DNA of 64,000 bases from positions 1 through 64,000 of the forward strand of contig CAVUWD010000007.1 in assembly GCA_963745025.1 (NCBI GenBank), in the 5' to 3' direction. The notes beneath the pieces are model-generated. The model was not told the DNA's origin. It worked only from the letters and a program-made list of their open reading frames with translations, and made no database searches. Shown in pieces: positions 40,225-49,094 of the stretch. Origin of the DNA: an uncultured delta proteobacterium. Its GTDB lineage: Bacteria > Desulfobacterota > Binatia > JACPRU01. The position numbers and the translations under genes were made by a program. Position 1 is the stretch's first letter, and each line of letters begins with the position of its first letter.

Positions 40225-40507
40225 TACGCTCCTCCTTCGATCTGCCACTGCACGAGCGTGTAGGGGCGGTCGGCGTCCAGGTGATCCTCGAAGACCGCCC
40301 TTGTCGCTATAGCAGAGCCCCCCGCTTTGGAGGAGCGGGCCGGGTATCGGGCCGGTGATCGAGGCGCCGATCGACTCGACGTTGCCAGTACTTTTCGCGA
40401 CGTCTTGGATCTCGTTCGGCTGAGCCCCCAGGAGTCCCTGAGGAAGCCTAGGCGCGCAGGTGAATCCGTTGACGCGGCTGCGAAGCAGCGTAAAAGAGGC
40501 ATAGCCC

Positions 40508-41443
40508 GTGAGCCCGTTCGTGATCGGCGAGATCCTCGCGCTGTCCGGTTTTCTCGCCTGCGCCCTTTACGTCCACTACCGCGGGCGAGACCGGCTCTCC
40601 GTCCGCCGTCAAGTGACCGACCATTCGACCTTTCTCGCGCCCTACAACTGTCTCGTCTATCTCTTCTCGGCCGTGCCGACGAAGCCGATCCTCGATGCCG
40701 GGAGCTTCCCTGCGCTGCGGCCGCTCCGCGACCACTGGAAGACCATCCGCGAGGAGGCCCAGCGGCTCTTCGAGACGGGCCGCATACGCGGTTCGGACCG
40801 TCACGACGACTTGGGATTCAACACCTTCTTCCGCAAGGGCTGGAAGCGCTTCTACCTCAAGTGGTACGGCGAGCCGCTGCCGTCGGCACGAGAGCTCTGC
40901 CCGCGCACGGTCGAGCTGCTGCGCTCGATCCCGTCGGTGCACGGCGCGATGTTCGCGCTCATGGCACCACAAAGCGCGGTCGGGAAGCACCGCGACCCGT
41001 TCGCCGGCTCGCTTCGCTATCACCTGGGCCTCGTCACGCCGAACTCGGACGAGTGCCGAATCTTCATCGACGGGAACCAGTACTCCTGGCGCGACGGCGA
41101 GGATCTCGTGTTCGACGAGACCTACGTCCACCACTTCGAGAACCGCACGGACCAAACGCGCATCATCCTGTTCTGCGACTTCGAACGTCCGATCCGGAAC
41201 CCCGTGATGCGGGCCTTGAACCAGTGGGTGATGGCTAGAGTTCTGCCGCTCACCGCGACCAAGAACCTCGAGGGCGAAGAGGTCGGTCTCGCCAACCGTG
41301 TGTTCGCCGTGCTCTACCCGGCGCGCGCTCCCTTCCGCAGATTCAAGAAGGCGCACCGCCAGCTCTACTACGTGCTCAAATACGCGGGCATGGTCGCGAC
41401 CGTCGGGCTCGCCATGGCCGGCGGCTACTGGATGTTCCGGTGA
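40508..41443 (+). CDS. lpxO: Asp/Asn beta-hydroxylase family Fe(II)/2-OG dioxygenase, lipid A hydroxylase LpxO-like
   Basis: DHSTFLAPYN, GWKRFYLKWY, HRDPFAGSLRYHLGL.TPN, FDETYVH, RIILFCD; N- and C-terminal TM helices. Confidence 0.8.
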   Translation: MSPFVIGEILALSGFLACALYVHYRGRDRLSVRRQVTDHSTFLAPYNCLVYLFSAVPTKPILDAGSFPALRPLRDHWKTIREEAQRLFETGRIRGSDRHDDLGFNTFFRKGWKRFYLKWYGEPLPSARELCPRTVELLRSIPSVHGAMFALMAPQSAVGKHRDPFAGSLRYHLGLVTPNSDECRIFIDGNQYSWRDGEDLVFDETYVHHFENRTDQTRIILFCDFERPIRNPVMRALNQWVMARVLPLTATKNLEGEEVGLANRVFAVLYPARAPFRRFKKAHRQLYYVLKYAGMVATVGLAMAGGYWMFR

Positions 41444-41492
41444 TCGGGATTAACGGGAACGCAACGGCAACTACGGGCTCTCGAGGCGAATC

Positions 41493-42344
41493 ATGGAACA
41501 GATTACGACCGGCTACGGCCTGATCGAAGCCCCCGTCTGGGGTGGCGATCGGGGGTTATTTTTCAGCGACGTCCTGAACGGCGGAGTCTATTGCCTTTCG
41601 CCTTTGGCGGCCGTCTCGACCGTGCTGCCCGATCGGCGTGGAATCGGGGGGATGGCGCTGCATCATCAGGGTGGGCTGGTGGTGGGCGGTCGCAACATCG
41701 CCTACGAGAGCCTCGAGGGCAGGCGGCGTACGGTGGTATTGCTGGAGCGTTCCGTGATGCCCGAGACCGTGGGCTTCAACGACCTGACGACCGACGCACG
41801 GGGCCGCGTCTACGTCGGCTCGCTCGCGTTCCGGGTCTTTGCGGGGGACGCTCCCAAGCCCGGCTACCTACATGTCATCGATCTCGACGGCAGCGTGCGC
41901 ACCATTGCCGATGGCGTCTGGCTGACCAATGGCCTTGGCTTCTCGCCCGACGGTACGCGCCTCTATCACAGCGACTCCCACGCGGATCTCGTTCGCGTCT
42001 ACGACGTCCGCACGGACGGCTCGGTCGGGCCCTGGCGCGTCTTCGCAAAGCTCGGGGGTGCCGTCCCAGACGGCCTTGCCGTCGCGGCTGATGGTTCCGT
42101 ATGGGTGGCGGCTGCCCACGGCGGATGTGTGATCGCGTTCGAGCCGGACGGTACCGAACGGCTGCGCCTAGCCGTACCGCTGCCGATGGTCACGAGCGTC
42201 TGCTTCGGCGGCAGCGATCTGCGCGACCTCTACGTGGTCACCGGGTCGCAGGGCGGGCCGCACCCAAACTGCGGGACCCTCTATCGCACCCGCGTCGAGG
42301 TCCCTGGGCTGGTGCTCGCCCCCGCGCGCGTGACACTCGGCTGA
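41493..42344 (+). CDS. SMP-30/gluconolactonase family beta-propeller
   Basis: EAPVW, FNDL..D.RGR.YVG, NGLGFSPDG, PDGLAV, TSVCFGG.DL.DLYVVT. Confidence 0.92.
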   Translation: MEQITTGYGLIEAPVWGGDRGLFFSDVLNGGVYCLSPLAAVSTVLPDRRGIGGMALHHQGGLVVGGRNIAYESLEGRRRTVVLLERSVMPETVGFNDLTTDARGRVYVGSLAFRVFAGDAPKPGYLHVIDLDGSVRTIADGVWLTNGLGFSPDGTRLYHSDSHADLVRVYDVRTDGSVGPWRVFAKLGGAVPDGLAVAADGSVWVAAAHGGCVIAFEPDGTERLRLAVPLPMVTSVCFGGSDLRDLYVVTGSQGGPHPNCGTLYRTRVEVPGLVLAPARVTLG

Positions 42345-42484
42345 TCCCTGCAACGGGAAACCGCCCGCGCCCGGGCGACTCAGTGCAGCCCTACACAGTG
42401 CGCCCCCCCCCAGTTGACGGCTGCCGGCTGGGATTGGCATCCTCGGCGGTAACCTCACGCGGAGAAAGGACGGGAACCACGGAC

Positions 42485-42907
42485 ATGGCAACCGAAGCGA
42501 GCAGTCCCCTGCCGGTCGTCGACTTTCTGAAGATTCCGGCAGGCGGTCAGCCGTATCTCGAAGGACGCCGATGCAAGCCCTGCGGCGCCGTTTTTCTGGG
42601 CGAGCGCAGCGTGTGCTCGAAGTGCGGTACGCGCAACCAGATCGAGGCGATCCGCCTCGCCGATCGCGGCCGGCTTTACGTCTACAGCATCGTTCACCGC
42701 TCCTTTCCCGGAATCGACGTGCCGTACGTTTCGGCCGTGGTCGATCTCGAAGGCGGCGGCACGGTGAAGGGCAATCTGATCGGCGTCCCGCCCGACCCGG
42801 CGAAGATCGAACTCGGCATGCCGGTGCGCGTGGTCTTCAAGGACGCGCTCGGTCGCAGGGATAAGCAGGGCAACTCGTACTTGAGCTATTTCTTCGAGCC
42901 GGCGTAG
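42485..42907 (+). CDS. Zn-ribbon + OB-fold (DUF35) thiolase partner protein
   Basis: CKPCG...CSKCG, YSIVH, PYVSAVVDL, GMPVRVVF; adjacent to a thiolase. Confidence 0.9.
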   Translation: MATEASSPLPVVDFLKIPAGGQPYLEGRRCKPCGAVFLGERSVCSKCGTRNQIEAIRLADRGRLYVYSIVHRSFPGIDVPYVSAVVDLEGGGTVKGNLIGVPPDPAKIELGMPVRVVFKDALGRRDKQGNSYLSYFFEPA

Positions 42908-42948
42908 GCTTTGCCGCTGCGTCCCGGCCCAACGCGAGGAGACGAACA

Positions 42949-44094
42949 ATGAGTGACGTCTACATCGTCGGTGTCGACATGATCAAATTCGGCCGCTTTC
43001 CCGAGAAGACCGTCCCGGAAATCGGGGCAGAGGCTGCGCTGCTGGCGCTCGATGACGCCGGTCTCAAGATCCAACAGATGGAAGCGCTCTACTGCGGCAA
43101 CCTCTACCAGGCGAACGCGATGGTCGGGCAGCGCATCCTGCAGGAGATCGGTCAGACGGGGATTCCCGTCGTCAACACGTCTAACGCCTGCGCGACCGGC
43201 GCCACCGCGTTTCGCGAAGCGTGGATGTCGATCAAGGCAGGCGTCTACGACCTCGTGCTCGCGGTCGGCGTGGAGCAGATGGGCAAAGGTCTTCTCGGCG
43301 GCACCGGCGCCGGCCATGGAATCCCCAAAGAAGGCCTGCTCGGCTCCGGCACGATGCCCGCGGTCTTCGCCGAGGCCGGCATGGAACACGTCCGCAAGTA
43401 CGGCACCACGTTCGAGCAGTTCGCGAAGGTCTCGGTGAAGAACCATCACCATTCGACGATGAACTCGAAGTCCATGTATCAGCTCGAGACGCCGCTCGAG
43501 ATGGTCATGAACGCCGAGATGATCGCGTATCCGAACACCAAGCTGATGTGCTCGGTGAACGTCGACGGCTCGGCCGCGGCCGTGCTCGCGTCGGAGAAGA
43601 AGGCGAAGGAGCTCGGGCTCATGAAGCGAGCCGTGCGCGTGCGCGCCTCGGTGCTGACGAGCGACCCGTGGCAGGAGCGCGACCTCGTGATGCCCGACGT
43701 CAACACCTGCACGCGGATCGCCGCGAAGAAGGCGTACGAGACGGCGGGGGTCGGTCCCGAGGACGTCGATCTCATCGAGCTTCACGATTGTTTTGCCACC
43801 GCGGAGATCCTTCACTACGAGAACCTCTTCCTCTGCAAGGAGGGCGAGGCGGGACGCATGATCGACGAGGGCGCGACGGCGCTCGGCGGGAAAATTCCCG
43901 TGAACGTGTCCGGAGGTCTGCTCTCCAAGGGTCACCCGCTCGGTGCGACCGGAATCGCCAACATCTACGAGGTGTCGACCCATTTGCGCGGCGCGGCCGG
44001 CAAGCGGCAGGTTGCGGACGCGCGGCTCGGCATGACGCACGTGATCGGTCTCGGCAGCGCCTGCGGCATCCACATCCTCGAGCGCGTTTCGTGA
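42949..44094 (+). CDS. Thiolase family protein (SCP-x / lipid-transfer type)
   Basis: NACATG, DGSAAAVL, ELHDCF, NVSGGLLSKGHPLGATG. Confidence 0.93.
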   Translation: MSDVYIVGVDMIKFGRFPEKTVPEIGAEAALLALDDAGLKIQQMEALYCGNLYQANAMVGQRILQEIGQTGIPVVNTSNACATGATAFREAWMSIKAGVYDLVLAVGVEQMGKGLLGGTGAGHGIPKEGLLGSGTMPAVFAEAGMEHVRKYGTTFEQFAKVSVKNHHHSTMNSKSMYQLETPLEMVMNAEMIAYPNTKLMCSVNVDGSAAAVLASEKKAKELGLMKRAVRVRASVLTSDPWQERDLVMPDVNTCTRIAAKKAYETAGVGPEDVDLIELHDCFATAEILHYENLFLCKEGEAGRMIDEGATALGGKIPVNVSGGLLSKGHPLGATGIANIYEVSTHLRGAAGKRQVADARLGMTHVIGLGSACGIHILERVS

Positions 44095-44119
44095 GCGGCG
44101 TGCGCCGCGGCGGCACCGG

Positions 44120-44166
44120 AGGGTCTGTGAACGAATCCCCGGTCCGGGGATTCGTTCACAGACCCT
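44120..44166. repeat. Perfect 47-bp palindrome (23-bp arms, 1-nt centre)
   Basis: AGGGTCTGTGAACGAATCCCCGG-T-CCGGGGATTCGTTCACAGACCCT. Confidence 0.9.
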
Positions 44167-44175
44167 GAGAGGCGA

Positions 44176-44661
44176 ATGCGTATCGGCGTCGTCAGCGATA
44201 CACACAACCATCTGCCGAACGTCGCCCGTGTGGTGGAGCTCTTGAACGCGGCCGGCGTCGAGCGCGTCGTCCACACCGGCGACATCACCCAACCGAAGAC
44301 GCTCGAGGTGCTCGCGCGCCTCGCGGCCCCGCTTCACGCGATCTTCGGCAACAACGACGCAGGCGAGCGGGAGGGGCTCGAGGCCGCAGGCGCGCATCTC
44401 GGCATCGAGCTCGCCGCGCCGGCGCTCGAGCTCGTCTGGGCGGATCGGCGGATCGTCGTGGTGCACGATCCGCGTGACCTCGAAACACGCCACGTCCTCC
44501 CGCATGTAGTCCTCCACGGCCACACGCACCGGCGCACGATCGAGCGGACGGACGGTCGCTTGGTCTTCAACCCGGGTGAGTGCGCCGGCCACCTGCCGGG
44601 ACACAACGCCGTCGGTCTGGTCGATCTCGCGACGCTCGAAGTCGAGATCCTGACCTTCTGA
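44176..44661 (+). CDS. YfcE-like metallophosphoesterase
   Basis: SDTH, HTGD, GNND, HGHTH, NPGE motifs. Confidence 0.92.
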   Translation: MRIGVVSDTHNHLPNVARVVELLNAAGVERVVHTGDITQPKTLEVLARLAAPLHAIFGNNDAGEREGLEAAGAHLGIELAAPALELVWADRRIVVVHDPRDLETRHVLPHVVLHGHTHRRTIERTDGRLVFNPGECAGHLPGHNAVGLVDLATLEVEILTF

Positions 44662-44698
44662 GGCACTTGCGACGACGAGAAGGTCGAGACACGAGCCC

Positions 44699-45844
44699 AT
44701 GCCCGAATCTCCGCAGCGCTTCTCACTGATCACGGAAGAAAGCCTCGCCGCCCTGCGGAAGCTCATCGGCGTGCCGGTCGAAGACTCCGTGGAGCCCTGG
44801 TGCACCGAGGCGACGCGGGACAACATCCGCCACTGGGCGCACGGCATCGGCGACGACAATCCGCTCTGGTGCGATCCATCCTATGCGGCGACGACGCCCT
44901 ATGGCCGCATCGTGGCACCGCCCTCGTTCATCTTCCCGCTGAATCGGTCGTTCAGCGGCTACGTCGCGGGGCTCCCGGGTGTCCACGCGATGTTCGCCGG
45001 CATCGACGTCACCTGGCACCGGCCGATTCTCCTCGGCGAGCGGTTCACCACGAAGGTCCGCCTCAAGGACCTGGTCGAGCATCAGACCCGTTTCGCCGGT
45101 CGATCGATCCAACAGATTTACCGCTGCGAGTTCTACGGCGACGGCGGAGTGCTCTTGGCCGAGGGCGACAGCTGGTGCTTCCGCACCGAGCGGGACACGG
45201 CGCGCGAGCGCGGGACGAAGTACGTCGCGCTCAAGGTCAAGAAGCCGACTCGCTACACGCGAGAGGATCTCGCGAAAATCTTCGCGCTCTACGCGTCCGA
45301 GAAGATTCGCGGCGCCGCGCCACTCCACATCGAGGACGTGCGGGTCGGCGAAACGCTGCCGACAATGGTCAAGGGCCCGATGACGGTAACGGGCTTCATC
45401 GCGTTCGCGCAGGGATGGGGCGGGCTCTACATCCGCGCCAACAAGCTCGCGTGGAAGCAGCTCCAGAAGCATCCGGGGCTGGGGATTACCAACGAGTTCG
45501 GCATCCCCGACGTCCCGGAACGAGTTCATTGGGAGAACGAGCTGGCGACACGGGTCGGGACTCCGGCAGCCTACGACTATGGGCCGGAGCGCTGCTCCTG
45601 GATGTCCCACCAGCTCACCGACTGGATGGGAGATGCGGGGTTCCTGCAGCATCACCACGTCGAGATCCGTCGCCACAATCCGATCGGCGACACGCTCTAT
45701 GTCGGCGGCGAGGTGACGCGAACCTTCGAGCACGAAGGCGCACCGTGCGCGGAGATCTCGCAGCGCGCGACCAATCAGGACGGCGAATTGTCCGTAATTG
45801 CGAAGGCCGTCGTTCGTTTGCCATCGCGCAGGCGATCGACGTGA
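44699..45844 (+). CDS. Double-hotdog (FAS1-like / MaoC_N) acyl-CoA dehydratase
   Basis: DNIRHWAHGIGDDNPLW.D..YA...YG.IVAPP; second MaoC-like half with VHW...YDYG. Confidence 0.85.
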   Translation: MPESPQRFSLITEESLAALRKLIGVPVEDSVEPWCTEATRDNIRHWAHGIGDDNPLWCDPSYAATTPYGRIVAPPSFIFPLNRSFSGYVAGLPGVHAMFAGIDVTWHRPILLGERFTTKVRLKDLVEHQTRFAGRSIQQIYRCEFYGDGGVLLAEGDSWCFRTERDTARERGTKYVALKVKKPTRYTREDLAKIFALYASEKIRGAAPLHIEDVRVGETLPTMVKGPMTVTGFIAFAQGWGGLYIRANKLAWKQLQKHPGLGITNEFGIPDVPERVHWENELATRVGTPAAYDYGPERCSWMSHQLTDWMGDAGFLQHHHVEIRRHNPIGDTLYVGGEVTRTFEHEGAPCAEISQRATNQDGELSVIAKAVVRLPSRRRST

Positions 45845-45845
45845 A

Positions 45846-46043
45846 TCACCCGAAGGCGTCGACCGCGGGCACCGCCCGCGCCTGCTCGCGGCGGCCGAGC
45901 GCCGCTGCCGCCGTGAGCGCGCCGCGCGCCTCGATGACCATCCGGTTCGTCATCCCGTTCATCCGCTCGGGTCGATTGAGCGTCAGCGTCGCGATCGGCC
46001 CCGTCTTCTCGTAGAGAAGGGTCTCGAACCGCGTCTCGGTCAT
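45846..46043 (-). pseudogene. Truncated enoyl-CoA hydratase (N-terminal fragment)
   Basis: MTETRFETLLYEKTGPIATLTLNRPERMNGM.. with a good RBS, but the ORF ends after 65 aa. Confidence 0.7.
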
Positions 46044-46057
46044 GTCGGCTCCCCTTT

Positions 46058-46867
46058 TCAGCGCGTCCAGCGCGCAAACACGGGCGGGCGGCGCTCGAGG
46101 AAGGAGGCGGCTCCCTCCTTGGCGTCCGGATGTACGAGCGCCTCGCGCATCCGTTGGTCGGCGTCGTGGCATGCCTCGTCGAGCGACCACGACAGACCGC
46201 GGTACACCTGCGACTTGACGACCGCGAGCGACCGTCTCGAGACGTTGGCCGCGAGGTCGCGCACGTACGCACGGGTCTCGTCGAGCAGGCGCTCGGCCGG
46301 GACCAGCCGGTCGATGAAGCCGACGCGAAGCGCCTCGGCCGCGTCGATCCTCCGCGAACTCCACAAGAGGTCAAGCGCGCGGCTCGTACCGACCAGACGC
46401 GGAAGAATCCAGCTCGTACCGTGCTCGGCGATCAGGCCGCGGCGCGAGAACACGGTCGTGAAGCTCGCTTGCGGGGACGCGAAGCGGAGATCGCACATCA
46501 TGGCGAGCACGAAGCCACCGCCCGCCGCGACGCCGTTCACGGCGGCGATCACCGGCTTCGGGACCCGCAGCAGATAACCGAAGAGAGCGGGGAGCTCACC
46601 CGCCTGCGGCGAGCCGGGCGAGGTGGGTGGACCGCCTTCCGTCGAGCGCGCCAGGTCGGCGGCGTCGAGCCCCGCGCTGAACGCGCGCCCGGTTCCCGTC
46701 ACCACGATCGCCACGGCGCGCTCGTCGGCCGTGGCTTCGTCCACCGCGGCGCGCAGCGCGTCGATCATGCCGAACGTAAAGGCGTTCAGCTTCTCCGGCC
46801 GATTCAGGCGCACGCAAGCGATCGAGTCCTCGAGATCATAGACGATCGCCGGTTCCTGTGAACCCAT
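46058..46867 (-). CDS. Enoyl-CoA hydratase/isomerase
   Basis: LNRPEKLNAF, TGTGRAFSAGLD, KPVIAAVNGVAAGGG, EG..SFLERRPP. Confidence 0.93.
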   Translation of the reverse strand: MGSQEPAIVYDLEDSIACVRLNRPEKLNAFTFGMIDALRAAVDEATADERAVAIVVTGTGRAFSAGLDAADLARSTEGGPPTSPGSPQAGELPALFGYLLRVPKPVIAAVNGVAAGGGFVLAMMCDLRFASPQASFTTVFSRRGLIAEHGTSWILPRLVGTSRALDLLWSSRRIDAAEALRVGFIDRLVPAERLLDETRAYVRDLAANVSRRSLAVVKSQVYRGLSWSLDEACHDADQRMREALVHPDAKEGAASFLERRPPVFARWTR

Positions 46868-46960
46868 GTGCCGCTCCTCGGGAGGATCTAGCGCAGATGG
46901 CAGGCGATGAACACCGGCGAAGGCGTGCCCGAGGAATTCGACACTGCGCTTCCCGCCGGC

Positions 46961-47395
46961 TCACGGACGGTGACAATACAGGCACGCCCCGGAGACCGAT
47001 CCGGCTAGAAAGTAGTTCGGCGGGTCGTGCTCGGCCGCGGTACGCGCCGCGCGAAGATCGTCGGCGAGCGTTCGCAATCCCTCCCCGAGTTGGGGGTGGT
47101 TGGAAGACCACGGGTCGGGGCCGAGCTGCTCGACCGTCTGCTCCATGTCGGCGAGCAGAAGCACGATCTGGGAGTGTTGGTCGCTTCCGGCCTTCGCTCC
47201 GCTACGGAGCAGCTCACGAAGCGCGAGCGACTGATGTCCGAGGAGCCACATCGCCGAGCGCAACTCGGTTTCGGGGACGTAGCGGAACGAAGGTGGATAA
47301 GTGGTTTGACGCAGGGAATCGGCCAGGCGACTCTGGCAACCGGCGATGAACCCGAGGAGGAGAACGACGCCCCACGATCGAACACGCATCCGCAT
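46961..47395 (-). CDS. Lipoprotein mono-heme cytochrome c (helical bundle, C-terminal CxxCH)
   Basis: Lipobox FIAG-C, helical body, GACLYCH three residues from the C-terminus. Confidence 0.75.
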   Translation of the reverse strand: MRMRVRSWGVVLLLGFIAGCQSRLADSLRQTTYPPSFRYVPETELRSAMWLLGHQSLALRELLRSGAKAGSDQHSQIVLLLADMEQTVEQLGPDPWSSNHPQLGEGLRTLADDLRAARTAAEHDPPNYFLAGSVSGACLYCHRP

Positions 47396-47622
47396 ACCAA
47401 GATCTCCGTATCGGCCAGGCCGCCGCCTGGGCCGCCTACAATCACGGAAGAGCGGCGTGAGGTCAACGTCGTTCGACGCCTCGGGTCCGCAAAAGCGCCA
47501 GTGCGAGGCTTGACGACTCTCGGTCGGCTGCGGCAAGTCCTGCGCCTCGATCGCGATGAGGCCAGGCGGAGGTCCCTGAAGCGCGGGCGTCAGGTACCAC
47601 CCCGGCTAGAGCGGAGGTCTCG

Positions 47623-48507
47623 ATGACGGACGTAGAGTTTCTGGGCGGGGTTTCGATGTTCTCGTCGCTCGCTGCCGACGACGTTCGTGAGCTTGCCAGT
47701 CTCTGCAGGCAGGTTTCGCGCGAAGACCAGCACTTGGTCTTCCGCCGGGGCGATCCACCGGACGCGATGTACCTGATCCGCGAGGGAAAGGTCGAAATTT
47801 CGGTCTGGACCGAAGACAACGAGGAGCTCGTGCTCGCGGTCCTCGGCGACGCCGATTTTTTCGGCGAGCTCGCGCTGTTCGACGGCTCTCCCCGAACCGC
47901 GACCGCGAAGGCCGTCGGGAACGTCGATCTGATCGAGATCCGCAAGGACGATCTCTTCGCGTTCCTACGCCGCAATCCCGAAGCGGCGCTCTCGATGATG
48001 AGCGAGATCTCCCGCCGGCTGCGGGCCGCGAACTCGCTGATCGAGCGGCGTACCACGCGAAACGTCAACGAGCTCATGGAGGATCGGTTCACCTTCGGCG
48101 ACCGCCTGGCGGATCGGATTGCGCAGTTCGGCGGCAGCTGGACGTTCCTGATCTGGTTCGGAGTCACGCTCTTGGTTTGGATGGCGCTCAACAGCCTCGA
48201 ATCGATCTGGCATCCCTTCGATCCGTTCCCGTTCATCTTTCTCAACCTGGTGCTTTCGTGTCTCGCCGCCGTTCAGGCGCCCGTCATCATGATGAGCCAG
48301 AATCGACAGGCCACGAAGGATCGCCTGCAAGCGGATCTCGACTATCAAGTCAACCTCAAGGCCGAGCTGCAGATCCGCAGCCTCCACTTGAAGATCGACG
48401 AGCTCCGCACGACCGAGGTACACGATTTTCTCGAGCTCCAGCGGGAACAACTCACCATTCAGCGCGAACAGATGGAGATCATGAAACAGCTTCGCCAGCC
48501 GCCTTGA
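47623..48507 (+). CDS. cNMP-binding + DUF1003 membrane protein
   Basis: FFGELALFDGSPRTATA; ADRIAQFGGSW.F, FDPFPFIFLNL.LS..AAVQAPVIMMSQNRQ. Confidence 0.92.
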   Translation: MTDVEFLGGVSMFSSLAADDVRELASLCRQVSREDQHLVFRRGDPPDAMYLIREGKVEISVWTEDNEELVLAVLGDADFFGELALFDGSPRTATAKAVGNVDLIEIRKDDLFAFLRRNPEAALSMMSEISRRLRAANSLIERRTTRNVNELMEDRFTFGDRLADRIAQFGGSWTFLIWFGVTLLVWMALNSLESIWHPFDPFPFIFLNLVLSCLAAVQAPVIMMSQNRQATKDRLQADLDYQVNLKAELQIRSLHLKIDELRTTEVHDFLELQREQLTIQREQMEIMKQLRQPP

Positions 48508-48568
48508 TTCGTCTACGAATCGCGAACCGGCGTAACCCGAACGGTTCCTCTCATTGCCGGGCTAGATC

Positions 48569-48781
48569 TCAACTCGCTCGCAATCGTTTGTGTCGATTTC
48601 GCGATGGCAGGACCGATGCGCCCCTCCGCTCGAACTCGATCATCTCGCGTAGCGAGGAAACCGTCCCTTGCAGCGAAGGATCTCCGCTGCCGAGCCAGGT
48701 CACGAGAGCGAAGAAATATGCGGCGAACAGGTTGCGAGCGAGCACCCGAGCGTCTAGGTTCTGCTTCGTCTCGCTACGCAC
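48569..48781 (-). pseudogene. Possible C-terminal remnant of a TetR-like regulator
   Basis: LDARVLARNLFAAYFFALVTWLG..LREMIE; no HTH; similar to the divergent fragment at 48870. Confidence 0.4.
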
Positions 48782-48869
48782 CCGCGCGCCCTCTGTCCGG
48801 CCGCTTCAGGCTGACCCGGCTCCACAATGAGCGTACTCAGAACAGCACCGAACGCGGATCGCGGCCGAG

Positions 48870-49094
48870 GCTCACAATTTGTTCGCGCTCTACTTCGCAC
48901 AACTTCAGAGATGGCTCGGAGGAGATCCGATCACCGCCGCTACGCGCGATGAGGGTCTGCGAGCCTCGCTCGAGCTGCCGCTCGCCGGGCTGACGCGCGG
49001 ATCACCGCAAACCGGCGCCTACGACCGATCGAAGGCTCGCGTTTCCTCGATCGCGGGGGCGCGGCCGAAAGGCAAGTTACGAGGAGTCCGCTGA
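48870..49094 (+). pseudogene. Possible C-terminal remnant of a TetR-like regulator
   Basis: AHNLFALYFAQLQRWLG..LRASLELPLAGL; no HTH or credible start. Confidence 0.4.

Noticed and set aside
42403-42411. C9 homopolymer as a phase-variation tract
   Set aside because: It lies upstream of the TTGACG -35-like element rather than in a spacer or CDS, is short, and precedes metabolic genes.
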